Shown here one piece after another: positions 15,887 to 24,110 of a DNA stretch of 24,110 bases (positions are counted from its first letter, which is position 1; each line of letters opens with the position of its first letter). The position numbers and the translations under genes are program-made. The stretch comes from Candidatus Rokuibacteriota bacterium (GTDB taxonomy: Bacteria > Methylomirabilota > Methylomirabilia > Rokubacteriales > DASRDR01): NCBI GenBank assembly GCA_044866005.1, contig JBIOTN010000170.1:1-24110 (forward strand), written 5' to 3'. The notes below the pieces were generated by a model that was not told where the DNA came from, did not search any database, and saw only the letters and a list, made by a program, of their open reading frames with translations.

Positions 15887-17230
15887 TCAGCCCGCCTCGA
15901 CCCTCGCCAGGAGCCAGCGCGCGGTGCGCAGCAGGCGCGCATCACCGTCGCGCGGGCCGACGAGCTGGACGCCGACCGGCAGGCCGCCGGAGCCCTGCAT
16001 CAGCGGCAGGGTCACCGCGGGCATGCCGCAGTACGTCCAGAGCGTGCAGAACGCGGGATCCCCCGTCGAGGCCAGGCCCTTGGGCGCGGCGCCCGGGGCG
16101 GCGGGCGTCAGGATCGCGTCGTAGCGCTGCTCGAAGAGCTCGAGGAAGCTCGCGTGGACCGGTCGGATCCGGGCGACCGCGCGCTGGTAGTCGAGGGCGG
16201 GAATCTCCCGGCCGCGCGCGAGCTGCGCGCGCAGGGACTCGGACAGCCGGTCGCGGCCCCGGTCCCACTCCCGCTCGAGGTTGACCGCCATCTCGGCTTC
16301 CATGATGGTGCGGTGCCACTGCCAGGCCTGGGCCGCCGACGGGAAGAGCTCGACCTCCTCCACCCGGTCGCCCAGGTGCCCGACGAGCTCGGCGAAGGCG
16401 TCCTTCGTCTCCTCGTCCGCGCGCTCCCACACGGGGGTCTTCATGAACGCGAACATCGGCGGCAGGGGCGGCTCCTCGGCCGCCGCCTCGACGAAGGGGA
16501 TGCGCGCGCGGGGCCGCGTATCGGGGTCGTCCTCGTCATGGCCCGCGAGCTCGGCGGCCAGGAGCGCGAGGTCCTCGATCGTCCGGGCGAACAGTCCGAC
16601 GTGATCGAGCGTGCGCGAGAGCGGGAGGATCCCGTGACGCGAGATCAGCCCGTGCGTGGGCTTGAAGCCGTAGACGCCGCAGAACGCGGCCGGGCGGATC
16701 ACGGAGCCGTTCGTCTGGCTGCCCAGGGCGAGCGGCACCATGCCGGTGGCGACCGCCGCCGCCGATCCGCTGGAGGACCCGCCCGGCGTGTGCTCCGGAT
16801 TGTGGGGGTTGCGGGTCTTGCCGGGACTGTAGGTGGCGAACTCGGTCGTCACGGTCTTGCCCAGGATCACCGCGCCGGCCGCGCGCAGCCGCGCGACCAC
16901 CGCCGCGTCGCGCGAGGGCGTGCGACCGGCGTGGAGCGCGGAGCCGTTCTCCGTGGGCATGTCGGCGGTGTCGATGATGTCCTTGACGCCGACGGGCACG
17001 CCGTGGAGGGCCCCCGTGGGCCGTCCCCCCAGGCGCCACTCGTCGGCTGCCCGCGCCTGGCGGCGGGCGTGCTCGGGATCGAGGAAGGCCCAGGCCTCGA
17101 CCTGGCCATCGACCTCGCGCACGCGCGTCAGGCACGCCTCCGTGAGCTCCTGGGAGCTGATGGCGCCCTGGCGGCAGAGCCGCGCGGCGTCGGACGCGGA
17201 AAGTGCGTGGAGGTTCGCCTTATCCGCCAT
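15887..17230 (-). CDS. Amidase signature family protein
   Basis: 447 aa. Catalytic Lys in 'LHGVPVGVKDIIDT', then 'TPGGSSSGSAAAVA' and 'GSQTNGSVIRPAAFCGVYGFKPT'. Overlaps the dctM stop. Confidence 0.92.
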   Translation of the reverse strand: MADKANLHALSASDAARLCRQGAISSQELTEACLTRVREVDGQVEAWAFLDPEHARRQARAADEWRLGGRPTGALHGVPVGVKDIIDTADMPTENGSALHAGRTPSRDAAVVARLRAAGAVILGKTVTTEFATYSPGKTRNPHNPEHTPGGSSSGSAAAVATGMVPLALGSQTNGSVIRPAAFCGVYGFKPTHGLISRHGILPLSRTLDHVGLFARTIEDLALLAAELAGHDEDDPDTRPRARIPFVEAAAEEPPLPPMFAFMKTPVWERADEETKDAFAELVGHLGDRVEEVELFPSAAQAWQWHRTIMEAEMAVNLEREWDRGRDRLSESLRAQLARGREIPALDYQRAVARIRPVHASFLELFEQRYDAILTPAAPGAAPKGLASTGDPAFCTLWTYCGMPAVTLPLMQGSGGLPVGVQLVGPRDGDARLLRTARWLLARVEAG

Positions 17231-19247
17231 AGAGGAACTCCGGCAGCCAGAGCGTCATGCCCGGCCAGATGTACATGAAGGCGAGACAGAGGATCACGAT
17301 CAGCATGTACGGCATCATGCCGGCGAAGATCTGGTTGAGCGTCACGTGCTTGGGCGCGACGCCCTTCAGGTAGAACGCCGACATCGCCACCGGCGGCGAC
17401 AGGAAGGCCGCCTGGAGGTTCACCGCGACCATGGTGCCGAACAGGATCGGATCGATCTGGAAGTGGCTCAGCAGGGGGATGAAGATCGGGCAGAAGATCA
17501 CGATGATCTCGGTCCACTCGAGCGGCCAGCCGAGCAGGAAGATGATCAGCTGCGCCATGATCTGGAACCCGAGCGGGGAGAGGTTCATGGAGAGCACCCA
17601 CCGCTCGATCAGCGACTGGCCGCCGTGCAGCGCGAACACGGCGGAGAAGAGCGCCGAGCCGACGAATAGCCAGCACACCATCGCCGTGGTCTTCGCGGTG
17701 AGGAAGGTCGATTGCTTGAGATTCTCGCGGAGCTCGCGCGAGGTCCGCAGATTCCAGAGCCCGGGGACGAGGGTGCCCGCGAACGTGCCCCCCAGGGAGC
17801 CGGACACCAGCAGCGACACGAAGTCCTCGCCCTCCCACCAGCCGAGCGCGAAGCCGACGATGAAGCCCACCAGACTCCACCACCAGACCTGACGCGCGTA
17901 CTTGGCCATCACGGCGAGGTAGAGCGCGCCGAGCGCGCCGACCGCCGCCGACTCGGTGGCGGTCGTGATGCCGAACAGGATCACCGCGAGGACCACGACC
18001 GTGAGCACGCCGAGCGGCACGACCGACACGATCAGCTCCTTCAGGATCTCGAGCTGCTCGCCGTCCATGCGCCAGAAGTAGACGGCGAGCAGGCCCGCGG
18101 CGAGCACGGCGAAGCTCCAGAACCAGGCGTAGAAGTGCCCCGGGATCTTCGCCCCCGCCGCGCCGGTCGGCTCGGCCGGCGTGGAGCCCATCTGCTCGGG
18201 GGGCGCGTCCACGGCACGCGGGAGCTCGTACGTCCCGACCTCGGACTCCGCGACCCCGAGCTCTTCCGGCATCGCCGGCTCGGCCGTGGGGGGCGCCGCC
18301 GGCGGCGGCGTGGCGACGGCGGCGAGCGGCGCCGGCCGGGCCGCCGCGGCCGCCGGCGCGACCGTCGGCGCGTTGTAGACGACGACGTACCACCAGGTCA
18401 TGCCGAAGGTGCCGACCATCAGCATCACCGGCACGGACAGCGCGAGCAGGTTCTTGGCGATGACCCCGTAGCCCGTGGCCCCGCGCAGGAGGCCCGGCCG
18501 GACTGCCGCGGCCAGGAGGCCCGGGACGACGCTCCGCGACCGGCCGTGCTCGAGCCGCCGCAGCCACTCCGGCACGGCCACGCGGTACTGGTCCGGCGAC
18601 AGCCTGGGCGCGATCTTCGGGTTGATGATGGCCCAGCCCAGGATGTAGAGGAGATAGAGGAACGTGAGGAAGAAGCCCGGGAGCATCGCGGCGGCATAGA
18701 GCTTGACGATGGACTGCCCGGCCACCGCCGCGTAGACGATCAGCATCACCGACGGCGGGATGAGGATGCCGAGCGTCCCTCCCGCGGTGATGGCCCCGGA
18801 GGCGAGCCGGACGTCGTACCCGGCCTTCAGCATGGGCCGCAACGCGATGACGCCCATGAGGACGACGACGGCCCCGACGATGCCGGAGGCGATCCCCCAG
18901 AACGCGCAGACCAGGAGCGTCGTCACCGCGAGCGACGCGGGTACGCGCCGGAACGCGAGCTGGACGCTGTGGAACATCCGGTCGACCAGCGCCGCCCGCT
19001 CCATGATGTAGCCCATGAACACGAACAGCGGGACCGACAGCAGGGTGTCGTTGGTCATGACCCCGTACGTCCGCTGGACGATGAGGTCGAAGACGCGGTT
19101 CTGGTACCAGTGCTGCTCGGGGGCCCAGAAGGCGAGGTAACCGAAGATCATCCCCAGGCCCATGAGCGTGAAGGCGGTAGGAAAGCCCATCATGATCGCG
19201 GCCACGATGAGGGCGAGCATGGTGAGGCCGAGCGCCGGATCGCTCAA
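17220..19247 (-). CDS. dctM: TRAP transporter large permease (DctM, FcbT3-like) with internal insertion
   Basis: 675 aa, TTG start with GAGG upstream. Motifs 'GFPTAFTL', 'VPLFVFMG', 'AGGTLGILIPPS', 'TATESAAVGA' and 'NLQAAFLSPP'. Confidence 0.9.
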   Translation of the reverse strand: MSDPALGLTMLALIVAAIMMGFPTAFTLMGLGMIFGYLAFWAPEQHWYQNRVFDLIVQRTYGVMTNDTLLSVPLFVFMGYIMERAALVDRMFHSVQLAFRRVPASLAVTTLLVCAFWGIASGIVGAVVVLMGVIALRPMLKAGYDVRLASGAITAGGTLGILIPPSVMLIVYAAVAGQSIVKLYAAAMLPGFFLTFLYLLYILGWAIINPKIAPRLSPDQYRVAVPEWLRRLEHGRSRSVVPGLLAAAVRPGLLRGATGYGVIAKNLLALSVPVMLMVGTFGMTWWYVVVYNAPTVAPAAAAARPAPLAAVATPPPAAPPTAEPAMPEELGVAESEVGTYELPRAVDAPPEQMGSTPAEPTGAAGAKIPGHFYAWFWSFAVLAAGLLAVYFWRMDGEQLEILKELIVSVVPLGVLTVVVLAVILFGITTATESAAVGALGALYLAVMAKYARQVWWWSLVGFIVGFALGWWEGEDFVSLLVSGSLGGTFAGTLVPGLWNLRTSRELRENLKQSTFLTAKTTAMVCWLFVGSALFSAVFALHGGQSLIERWVLSMNLSPLGFQIMAQLIIFLLGWPLEWTEIIVIFCPIFIPLLSHFQIDPILFGTMVAVNLQAAFLSPPVAMSAFYLKGVAPKHVTLNQIFAGMMPYMLIVILCLAFMYIWPGMTLWLPEFLYGG

Positions 19248-19373
19248 CGGTGCCTCACCGGGCCGGGGCCCGTCGCATCTCGGCGTCCTGCATCACGGCC
19301 GGGCCTGCGTCCTTGATCTGCGCGGGGCGCGGCCCGGCACTGACGTGTGATCAAGGGCGTTGGCCGTCCCGAT

Positions 19374-20042
19374 TCAAGGGTTCTTGTGCTCCACCACGCT
19401 CCGATGCCTGGCCGCGTCGTCGATCGCGTGCGCGCCCTCCATGGCCACGCGACGCGACTCCTCGTCCACGTACGCGCTGTGGGAGAGCTGCGTGTCGATG
19501 ACGTCGATCTCCTCGACGTCCCCCAGCCGGGCGGGCCAGGCGCCGGTGCGCAGGCACTCGATGCAGCGCATGATCTCGGCCAGCCCCTGGAGCATGACCA
19601 GCACGCCCGCGATCGGGATCACCGATTTGAAGTGATAGACCGGTGGTCCCTCGGCGGTGACGGTGGAGTGCTCCCCGATCCGCCAGGAGAGCGCGGCGTA
19701 GTCGTACCCGGCGTAGATCAACCCCAGGATTCCCGGGAGGAAGAACAGGAAGTAGAGCAGGAGGTCGAGCGTCGCCTGCGCGCGCGGGCGGAGGTATACG
19801 TAGACGAAATCGGCGCGGACGTGGCCCGCCGCGGCGAGCGTGTAGGCCCCGCACATCATGAACAGCGTGCCGTAGAGCATGTTGTTGAAGTCGAAGATCC
19901 AGGCGGTCGGCGCGTTCAGGATGTAGCGCTTGAAGACCTCGATGGAGACGACGAAGGTCAGGCCGACGATCAGCCAGGAGAAGGCCTTGCCCGACCAGTA
20001 GCTGACCAGGTCGATGGTGCGCAGCAGACCGCGGGCGTTCAT
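19374..20042 (-). CDS. dctQ: TRAP transporter small permease (DctQ)
   Basis: ATG at 20042 preferred, because the longer start lies inside the upstream hairpin. 222 aa with four hydrophobic segments, 'RYILNAPTAW' and 'GHVRADF'. Confidence 0.88.
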   Translation of the reverse strand: MNARGLLRTIDLVSYWSGKAFSWLIVGLTFVVSIEVFKRYILNAPTAWIFDFNNMLYGTLFMMCGAYTLAAAGHVRADFVYVYLRPRAQATLDLLLYFLFFLPGILGLIYAGYDYAALSWRIGEHSTVTAEGPPVYHFKSVIPIAGVLVMLQGLAEIMRCIECLRTGAWPARLGDVEEIDVIDTQLSHSAYVDEESRRVAMEGAHAIDDAARHRSVVEHKNP

Positions 20043-20048
20043 GGACGC

Positions 20049-20090
20049 AGAAAAGAGGCCAGCCACCCGGGGTGTTCCGGATGGCTGGCC
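20049..20090 (-). terminator. Intrinsic terminator-like or mRNA-stabilising hairpin between dctP and dctQ
   Basis: Minus strand reads GGCCAGCCAUCCGG-AACACC-CCGGGUGGCUGGCC (14-bp stem, one G-U pair), followed by UCUUUUCU. Confidence 0.7.
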
Positions 20091-20117
20091 CGCGGGCCGG
20101 GACCGATCACCGAGCGA

Positions 20118-21245
20118 CTAGCTCTTCTTCCCGAAGTAGTGGTTGTAGGCCATCTCACGCCTGACGTTGGTGTCGAGATCCCACTTCACGGCGCGCGCCG
20201 CGAAGGCCTTCTGCGACTCGGCGACCTCCTTGAACAGCGGGTTGTCCCCAGACTTCTTCACCAGCACCTCGTCGAAGATCTCGAGCTGCTTCTGGAGGAC
20301 GGAGGCCGGGGTCTTGTAGACCCGGACCTTGTCCTTGGTCTGTATCTCGATGTAGTCCTTCGAGTAGCGGTCGATCGACTTCCACGACATGTCGGCCGAG
20401 GCCGCTTCCACGGCGTACTCGATGATCTTCCTCATCTTCTCGGGCAGCGCGTCGTACTTGGTCTTGTTGAACGTGATCTCGAGCTGCTCGGCGTTCTGGT
20501 GGTAGCTCTGCAGCATGTACACCTTGGAGACGTCGGGGAAGCCGAGGATGCGGTCGGAGGTCGCGTTGTTGAACTCGGCGGCGTCGATGAGGCCCCGGTC
20601 CAGCGCAGGCACGATCTCGGCGCCCGGCAGCGCGTTCACCGCCGCCCCCAGGCCCTGGAACAGGTCGATCGAGATGCCCACGGTGCGGAACTTGAGCCCC
20701 TTGAAATCGTCGGGCTTCGCGATCGGCTTCTTGAACCACCCGAGCGGTTGGGTGTACATGGGGCCATAGGGGAAGGAGACGACGTTGGCGCCGATCGAGG
20801 CGTAGATCTTGTTGAGCAATTCCTTCCCGCCGCCGTACTTGTGCCAGGCCAGCAGCATGTTGGCGTCCATGCCGAAGGCGGGGCTCGATCCCCAGAGGGC
20901 GAGGGCCGTCTGCTTGCCGTAGTGGTACACGAGCACGCCGTGGCCGCCGTCGAGCGTCCCCTTCGACACGGCGTCGAGGAGGCCGAAGGCCGGAACCACC
21001 GCGCCCGCGGGCAGCACCTCGATCTTGAGGTCGCCGCCGGTCATGTCGTTGACCTTCTTGGCGAAGTCGTTGGCGTACTCGTGGAAGATGTCCTTCTGCG
21101 GCCAGGTGCTCTGCCAGCGCATCGTGATGGGCCCCTGGGCCTTGACGACCATGGGGAAACCGAGCGTCGCCGCCCCCGCGGCGGCCGCTGCGCCCTTGAG
21201 GAACCGGCGGCGCGGGGCTTCGGGCACTGCTTGCGGGTTGCTCAT
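20118..21245 (-). CDS. dctP: TRAP transporter substrate-binding protein (DctP, TakP/FcbT1-like), Tat-exported
   Basis: ATG 21245 with strong SD GAGGAGG, 375 aa. Twin-arginine signal 'PRRRFLKG', plus 'LKIEVLPAGAVV', 'GWFKKPI', 'GLKFR' and 'ALDRGLIDAAEF'. Confidence 0.92.
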   Translation of the reverse strand: MSNPQAVPEAPRRRFLKGAAAAAGAATLGFPMVVKAQGPITMRWQSTWPQKDIFHEYANDFAKKVNDMTGGDLKIEVLPAGAVVPAFGLLDAVSKGTLDGGHGVLVYHYGKQTALALWGSSPAFGMDANMLLAWHKYGGGKELLNKIYASIGANVVSFPYGPMYTQPLGWFKKPIAKPDDFKGLKFRTVGISIDLFQGLGAAVNALPGAEIVPALDRGLIDAAEFNNATSDRILGFPDVSKVYMLQSYHQNAEQLEITFNKTKYDALPEKMRKIIEYAVEAASADMSWKSIDRYSKDYIEIQTKDKVRVYKTPASVLQKQLEIFDEVLVKKSGDNPLFKEVAESQKAFAARAVKWDLDTNVRREMAYNHYFGKKS

Positions 21246-21356
21246 GAGTTCTCTCCTCCTCTCACGGGTTGGCGTTGCGACGCGGAGGAAGCCCCGCTCG
21301 TCGTCCCTTCCACCCACGTCTCGCGCCGCGGGCGGGCGGGGCCGGGCCGCCAGGCG

Positions 21357-21386
21357 ATTCTACCCCGTCGCTCACGACGGTCGCAA
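21357..21386 (-). promoter_or_regulatory. Putative sigma70-type promoter for dctPQM-amidase, with a palindrome in the spacer
   Basis: Minus strand TTGCGA, 18 nt spacer, TAGAAT. The spacer holds CCGTCG-N4-CGACGG (21365-21380). Confidence 0.55.
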
Positions 21387-21422
21387 GGCGAGTTCCCCGC
21401 GCCAAATCCGGCCAATCGACTC

Positions 21423-21451
21423 TTGACGCCCCGTCCCCGGGCGCCTAGAGT
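21423..21451 (+). promoter_or_regulatory. Putative sigma70-type promoter for the aldehyde dehydrogenase
   Basis: TTGACG (21423-21428), 17 nt spacer, TAGAGT (21446-21451). Confidence 0.65.
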
Positions 21452-21521
21452 GGCCTCCACGGCCGCGGGAGGGCGGCGGGGCTCCTCGCGGTGGTAACGC
21501 GACAGGCGAAAGGACGGTTCC

Positions 21522-22988
21522 ATGGCTGACTCCCACCCGATGTTCATCGACGGACAGTGGGTCGAGGCGTACGGGGGTGGCACGTTCGGCGTGACCGACC
21601 CGGCGACGGGCGAGACGATCGGCGAAGTGGCGGACGGAGGCGGCCCGGACGCCCTCCGGGCCGTCGAGGCGGCGCACCGGGCGTTCCCGGAGTGGGCGGG
21701 CATGCCCCCGAAGGAGCGGGGCGTGGTCCTCCACCGGATCCAGGCCCTCATGGAGGCGCGGCGCGACGACCTGGCGCGCCTCGTCACCCGGGAGAACGGC
21801 AAGCCGTTCGAGGAAGCCCGGCGCGAGGTCGGCTTCGCCCTCGGCTACTTCGGCTGGTTCGCCGAGGAGGCCCGCCGCACCTACGGCGACCTGGTGCCCT
21901 CGCCCTTCCGCGACAAGCGCCTGTGGGTGCTGCACCAGCCCATCGGCGTGGTGGCCGCCATCACGCCGTGGAACTTCCCGGCCACGATGGTCACGCGCAA
22001 GATCGCGCCGGCCCTCGCCGCCGGCTGCCCCGTGGTGCTCAAGCCGGCCTCGGCGACCCCGCTCACCGCGCTGGCGCTCGGCGGCCTCGTGGCCGAGGCG
22101 GGGCTGCCCCGCGGCGTGTTCAACGTCGTGACCGGCGCGAAGTCGCGGCCGATCGGCGACGCCCTGGTGGGCCATCCCCTGGTCAAGAAGCTCGCCTTCA
22201 CGGGCTCCACGGACGTCGGCAAGCAGCTCACGCAGGCCGCGGCGCGCACCCTCAAGCGCGTGTCGCTCGAGCTCGGCGGGAACGCGCCGTTCGTCGTCTT
22301 CGACGACGCCGACCTCGACCTCGCCGTGGAGGGCGCGGCGGCGATCAAGTTCCTTCGGGTCGGCGGGCAGTCCTGCATCTGCGCGAACCGCATCTTCGTG
22401 CAGGAGTCGGTCGCGGGGCGCTTCATCCCGCGGTTCGTCGAGGCCGTACGGGCGCTTCGCGTGGGTCCCGGCTTCGAGCCGGGCGTGCAGGTCGGCCCGT
22501 TGATCAACGAGGAGACACGGAAGCAGGTCCACGACCTCGTGGAGGACGCCGCCGCCCGCGGGGCCCGGATCGCGCTCGGCGGCCACGCCCTGGCCGAGGG
22601 AGCGCTGGCGCGGGGGTACTTCTACGCGCCCACCGTCCTCCTCGACGTGCGCGACGAGATGCGCGTCTGCCGGGAGGAGATCTTCGGCCCGGTCGCGCCC
22701 GTGCTCACGTTCCGGACGGAGGCCGAGCTCATCGCCCGGGCCAACGACACGGAGTACGGCCTGGCGGCCTACTTCTACAGCCGGGATGTCGGGCGGGTGA
22801 CGCGGGTCGCCGAAGCGCTTCAGTACGGGTTGGTCGGCGTGAACGACGCGGCGGGGTACACGCACGAGGTCCCGTTCGGCGGGTTCAAGGAGTCGGGACT
22901 CGGGCGCGAGGGCGGGCGGGAAGGCATCCACGAGTACATGGAGATCAAGTCCGTCGTCGTCAGTCTTCCCGGGCCACCGCGACCTTGA
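21522..22988 (+). CDS. NAD(P)-dependent aldehyde dehydrogenase, succinate/glutarate-semialdehyde dehydrogenase (GabD)-like
   Basis: 488 aa with SD AAGGA. Motifs 'ITPWNFP', 'FTGST.VGK', catalytic Glu 'LELGGNAP', catalytic Cys 'GQSCIC', 'EEIFGPV' and 'PFGGFKESGLGREG'. Confidence 0.9.
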   Translation: MADSHPMFIDGQWVEAYGGGTFGVTDPATGETIGEVADGGGPDALRAVEAAHRAFPEWAGMPPKERGVVLHRIQALMEARRDDLARLVTRENGKPFEEARREVGFALGYFGWFAEEARRTYGDLVPSPFRDKRLWVLHQPIGVVAAITPWNFPATMVTRKIAPALAAGCPVVLKPASATPLTALALGGLVAEAGLPRGVFNVVTGAKSRPIGDALVGHPLVKKLAFTGSTDVGKQLTQAAARTLKRVSLELGGNAPFVVFDDADLDLAVEGAAAIKFLRVGGQSCICANRIFVQESVAGRFIPRFVEAVRALRVGPGFEPGVQVGPLINEETRKQVHDLVEDAAARGARIALGGHALAEGALARGYFYAPTVLLDVRDEMRVCREEIFGPVAPVLTFRTEAELIARANDTEYGLAAYFYSRDVGRVTRVAEALQYGLVGVNDAAGYTHEVPFGGFKESGLGREGGREGIHEYMEIKSVVVSLPGPPRP

Positions 22989-23193
22989 AGCCGTAGCTCC
23001 ACAACGCGTCGGCCTCCTCCGGGGGCGCCCGTCGCTGTCGCTGGCGCCGCTCGTGCACCACGCCGTTGTCGCGCCGCCGACGCTCGCCTTCGCGGCGGTC
23101 CAGGAGGACGGTCACCTCGGGTTCCTGGAAATGGGCCTTCAGGTAATCGAACAGCGCGGGCTCGCTACGCTTGACCACGACGAGAAACGGCAT
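22960..23193 (-). CDS. Small Arg-rich hypothetical protein (DRR/ERR motifs)
   Basis: 77 aa from ATG 23193, with GGGGA SD upstream and its own candidate promoter. Sequence 'MPFLVVVKRSEPALFDYLKAHFQEPEVTVLLDRREGERRRR...ERRQRQRR...LWSYGFKVAVARED' looks protein-like, unlike the neighbouring shadow ORFs. Confidence 0.7.
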   Translation of the reverse strand: MPFLVVVKRSEPALFDYLKAHFQEPEVTVLLDRREGERRRRDNGVVHERRQRQRRAPPEEADALWSYGFKVAVARED

Positions 23194-23236
23194 ACGGTCC
23201 CCCGTCCCGGCTGACTGGTAGGAAGCGTGCACCGGC

Positions 23237-23265
23237 ACTCTAACAGCGCCTCCGTTGGCGCGCAA
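23237..23265 (-). promoter_or_regulatory. Putative sigma70-type promoter (extended -10) for the small Arg-rich ORF
   Basis: Minus strand TTGCGC, 17 nt spacer, TAGAGT, with TGn directly before the -10 box. Confidence 0.5.
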
Positions 23266-23307
23266 GCCCGACCCCGCGCAGGAGCTCGCGCGCCGGCCTC
23301 GTGCCCC

Positions 23308-23336
23308 TTGACCCTGCCCGGCGGCCGGTGTATCAG
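23308..23336 (+). promoter_or_regulatory. Possible sigma70-type promoter for the zinc ribbon and pfpI genes
   Basis: TTGACC (23308-23313), 17 nt spacer, TATCAG (23331-23336). The -10 box lacks the last conserved T. Confidence 0.4.
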
Positions 23337-23394
23337 GGAGAGGAAGGTCGCTGGACGCCACCCCGACACCCCCGCCCGGAGAGGAGGTAGGCGC

Positions 23395-23556
23395 ATGCCT
23401 CTCTACGAGTTCTTCTGTCCGCGCTGCCGGAAGGAACTGTCGATGACGCTGTCGGTGAAGGAGCGTGAAGGCACCGAGGTCAAGTGTCCGGAGTGCCGGT
23501 CCGTCCTCGAGCCGCTCATGGCGAGCTTCTTCTCCAAGACCTCACGGAAGAGCTAA
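23395..23556 (+). CDS. FmdB-family zinc ribbon protein
   Basis: 53 aa from ATG 23395 with SD GAGGAGG. Sequence 'MPLYEFFCPRC...VKCPEC...LMASFFSKTSRKS' contains two CxxC motifs. Confidence 0.85.
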   Translation: MPLYEFFCPRCRKELSMTLSVKEREGTEVKCPECRSVLEPLMASFFSKTSRKS

Positions 23557-23565
23557 GGAGGATCC

Positions 23566-24090
23566 ATGCAGCTCCGGGGCAAGCGAGTCGCGATCCTGGC
23601 GGAGAACCTGTACCAGGAGATGGAGCTCTGGGTGCCCTACTACCGGCTCAAGGAGGAAGGCGCCGAGGTCCACGTGGTGGGCGCCGGCGGGGCCAAGTCG
23701 TACGCCTCCAAGCACGGCTACCCGGTCAGCGTGGACGTCCAGGCGGAGCAGGCGAACGCGGTGGAGTACGACGCCGTCGTCATCCCCGGCGGCTTCGCGC
23801 CGGACCTCATGCGGCGATCGCCGGCCATGGTGAAGCTCGTGCGGGAGGCCTTCGAGCACGGCAAGCTGGTGGCGGCGATCTGCCACGCCGGGTGGATGCC
23901 GGTGTCCGCCGGGATCCTCCGCGGAAAGCGCGCGACCAGCTTCTTTTCGATCAAGGACGACCTGGTCAACGCCGGGGCGACGTGGGTGGACGAGGAGGTC
24001 GTGGTCGACGGGAACCTCGTCACGTCGCGGAAGCCGGACGACCTGCCGGCATTCTGCCGGGAGATCGTGAAGGCGCTCAGCAAGAAGTAG
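23566..24090 (+). CDS. pfpI: PfpI/DJ-1 family protein (type 1 glutamine amidotransferase-like)
   Basis: 174 aa with SD AAGGAGG. Motifs 'YQEMELWVPYYRL.EEG', 'YDAVVIPGG.APD', nucleophile elbow 'AAICHAGW' and 'DGNLVTSRKPDDLPAF'. Confidence 0.9.
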   Translation: MQLRGKRVAILAENLYQEMELWVPYYRLKEEGAEVHVVGAGGAKSYASKHGYPVSVDVQAEQANAVEYDAVVIPGGFAPDLMRRSPAMVKLVREAFEHGKLVAAICHAGWMPVSAGILRGKRATSFFSIKDDLVNAGATWVDEEVVVDGNLVTSRKPDDLPAFCREIVKALSKK

Positions 24091-24110
24091 CCTGCCTTCG
24101 GAGGGGGCCG

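Noticed and set aside
21463..21491. Hairpin in the ALDH 5' UTR as a possible riboswitch
   Set aside because: It is a short GC stem that does not occlude the SD and resembles no riboswitch I recognise. Such stems are expected by chance.
2190..22931. Long antisense or alternate-frame ORFs (e.g. 2190..4646, 10344..13310, 13784..15148, 19347..21497, 21372..22931)
   Set aside because: They are shadows of well-supported genes on the opposite strand, have no family motifs, and are expected at this GC content.
21522..22988. ALDH as the glutarate-semialdehyde step of the nicotinate pathway
   Set aside because: Chemically plausible, but the gene lies about 13 kb from the enamidase, beyond unrelated operons, so the sequence gives no support.
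24091..24110. Possible terminator or REP arm after pfpI
   Set aside because: It is cut off by the window edge, so the second arm cannot be seen.
1..24110. CRISPR arrays, tRNA/rRNA genes (including tRNA-Sec), transposases, integrases, phage genes
   Set aside because: I saw no regularly spaced repeats, cloverleaf-like sequences or mobile-element motifs. The intergenic gaps are short and mostly explained by promoters and hairpins.

Overview
This is a very GC-rich, densely coded window from a diderm bacterium; the gene style suggests Ca. Rokubacteria/Methylomirabilota, which is inference only. It holds six blocks. (1) 90-8779 (+): a translationally coupled catabolic operon with a LIV-type ABC transporter (livHMGF), a xanthine/nicotinate-dehydrogenase-family molybdoenzyme (FAD subunit plus a fused [2Fe-2S]-molybdopterin subunit), an enamidase and a DUF1185 protein, resembling nicotinate catabolism clusters. 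(2) 8797-12089 (+): a unit with its own sigma70-type promoter encoding an outer-membrane beta-barrel, a two-subunit CoA-transferase-fold enzyme and a luciferase-like oxidoreductase. (3) 12127-15719 (+): mrp/apbC, a Lon-N domain protein, a YdjM-like hydrolase and a PDZ protein. (4) 15887-21245 (-): a TRAP transporter (dctPQM) and an amidase. (5) A GabD-like aldehyde dehydrogenase convergent with a small Arg-rich ORF. (6) An FmdB-type zinc ribbon gene and a PfpI/DJ-1 gene. The main finding is in block 2. The CoA-transferase alpha subunit (9550-10365), which the ORF track splits in two, has a single in-frame UGA (9874-9876) followed directly by a hairpin that fits the bacterial SECIS model, so it is probably a selenoprotein. 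The partner beta subunit lacks the canonical catalytic glutamate, and by recalled alignment the UGA sits where IpdA has its catalytic Glu. This suggests a selenocysteine-dependent enzyme on a CoA-transferase scaffold.
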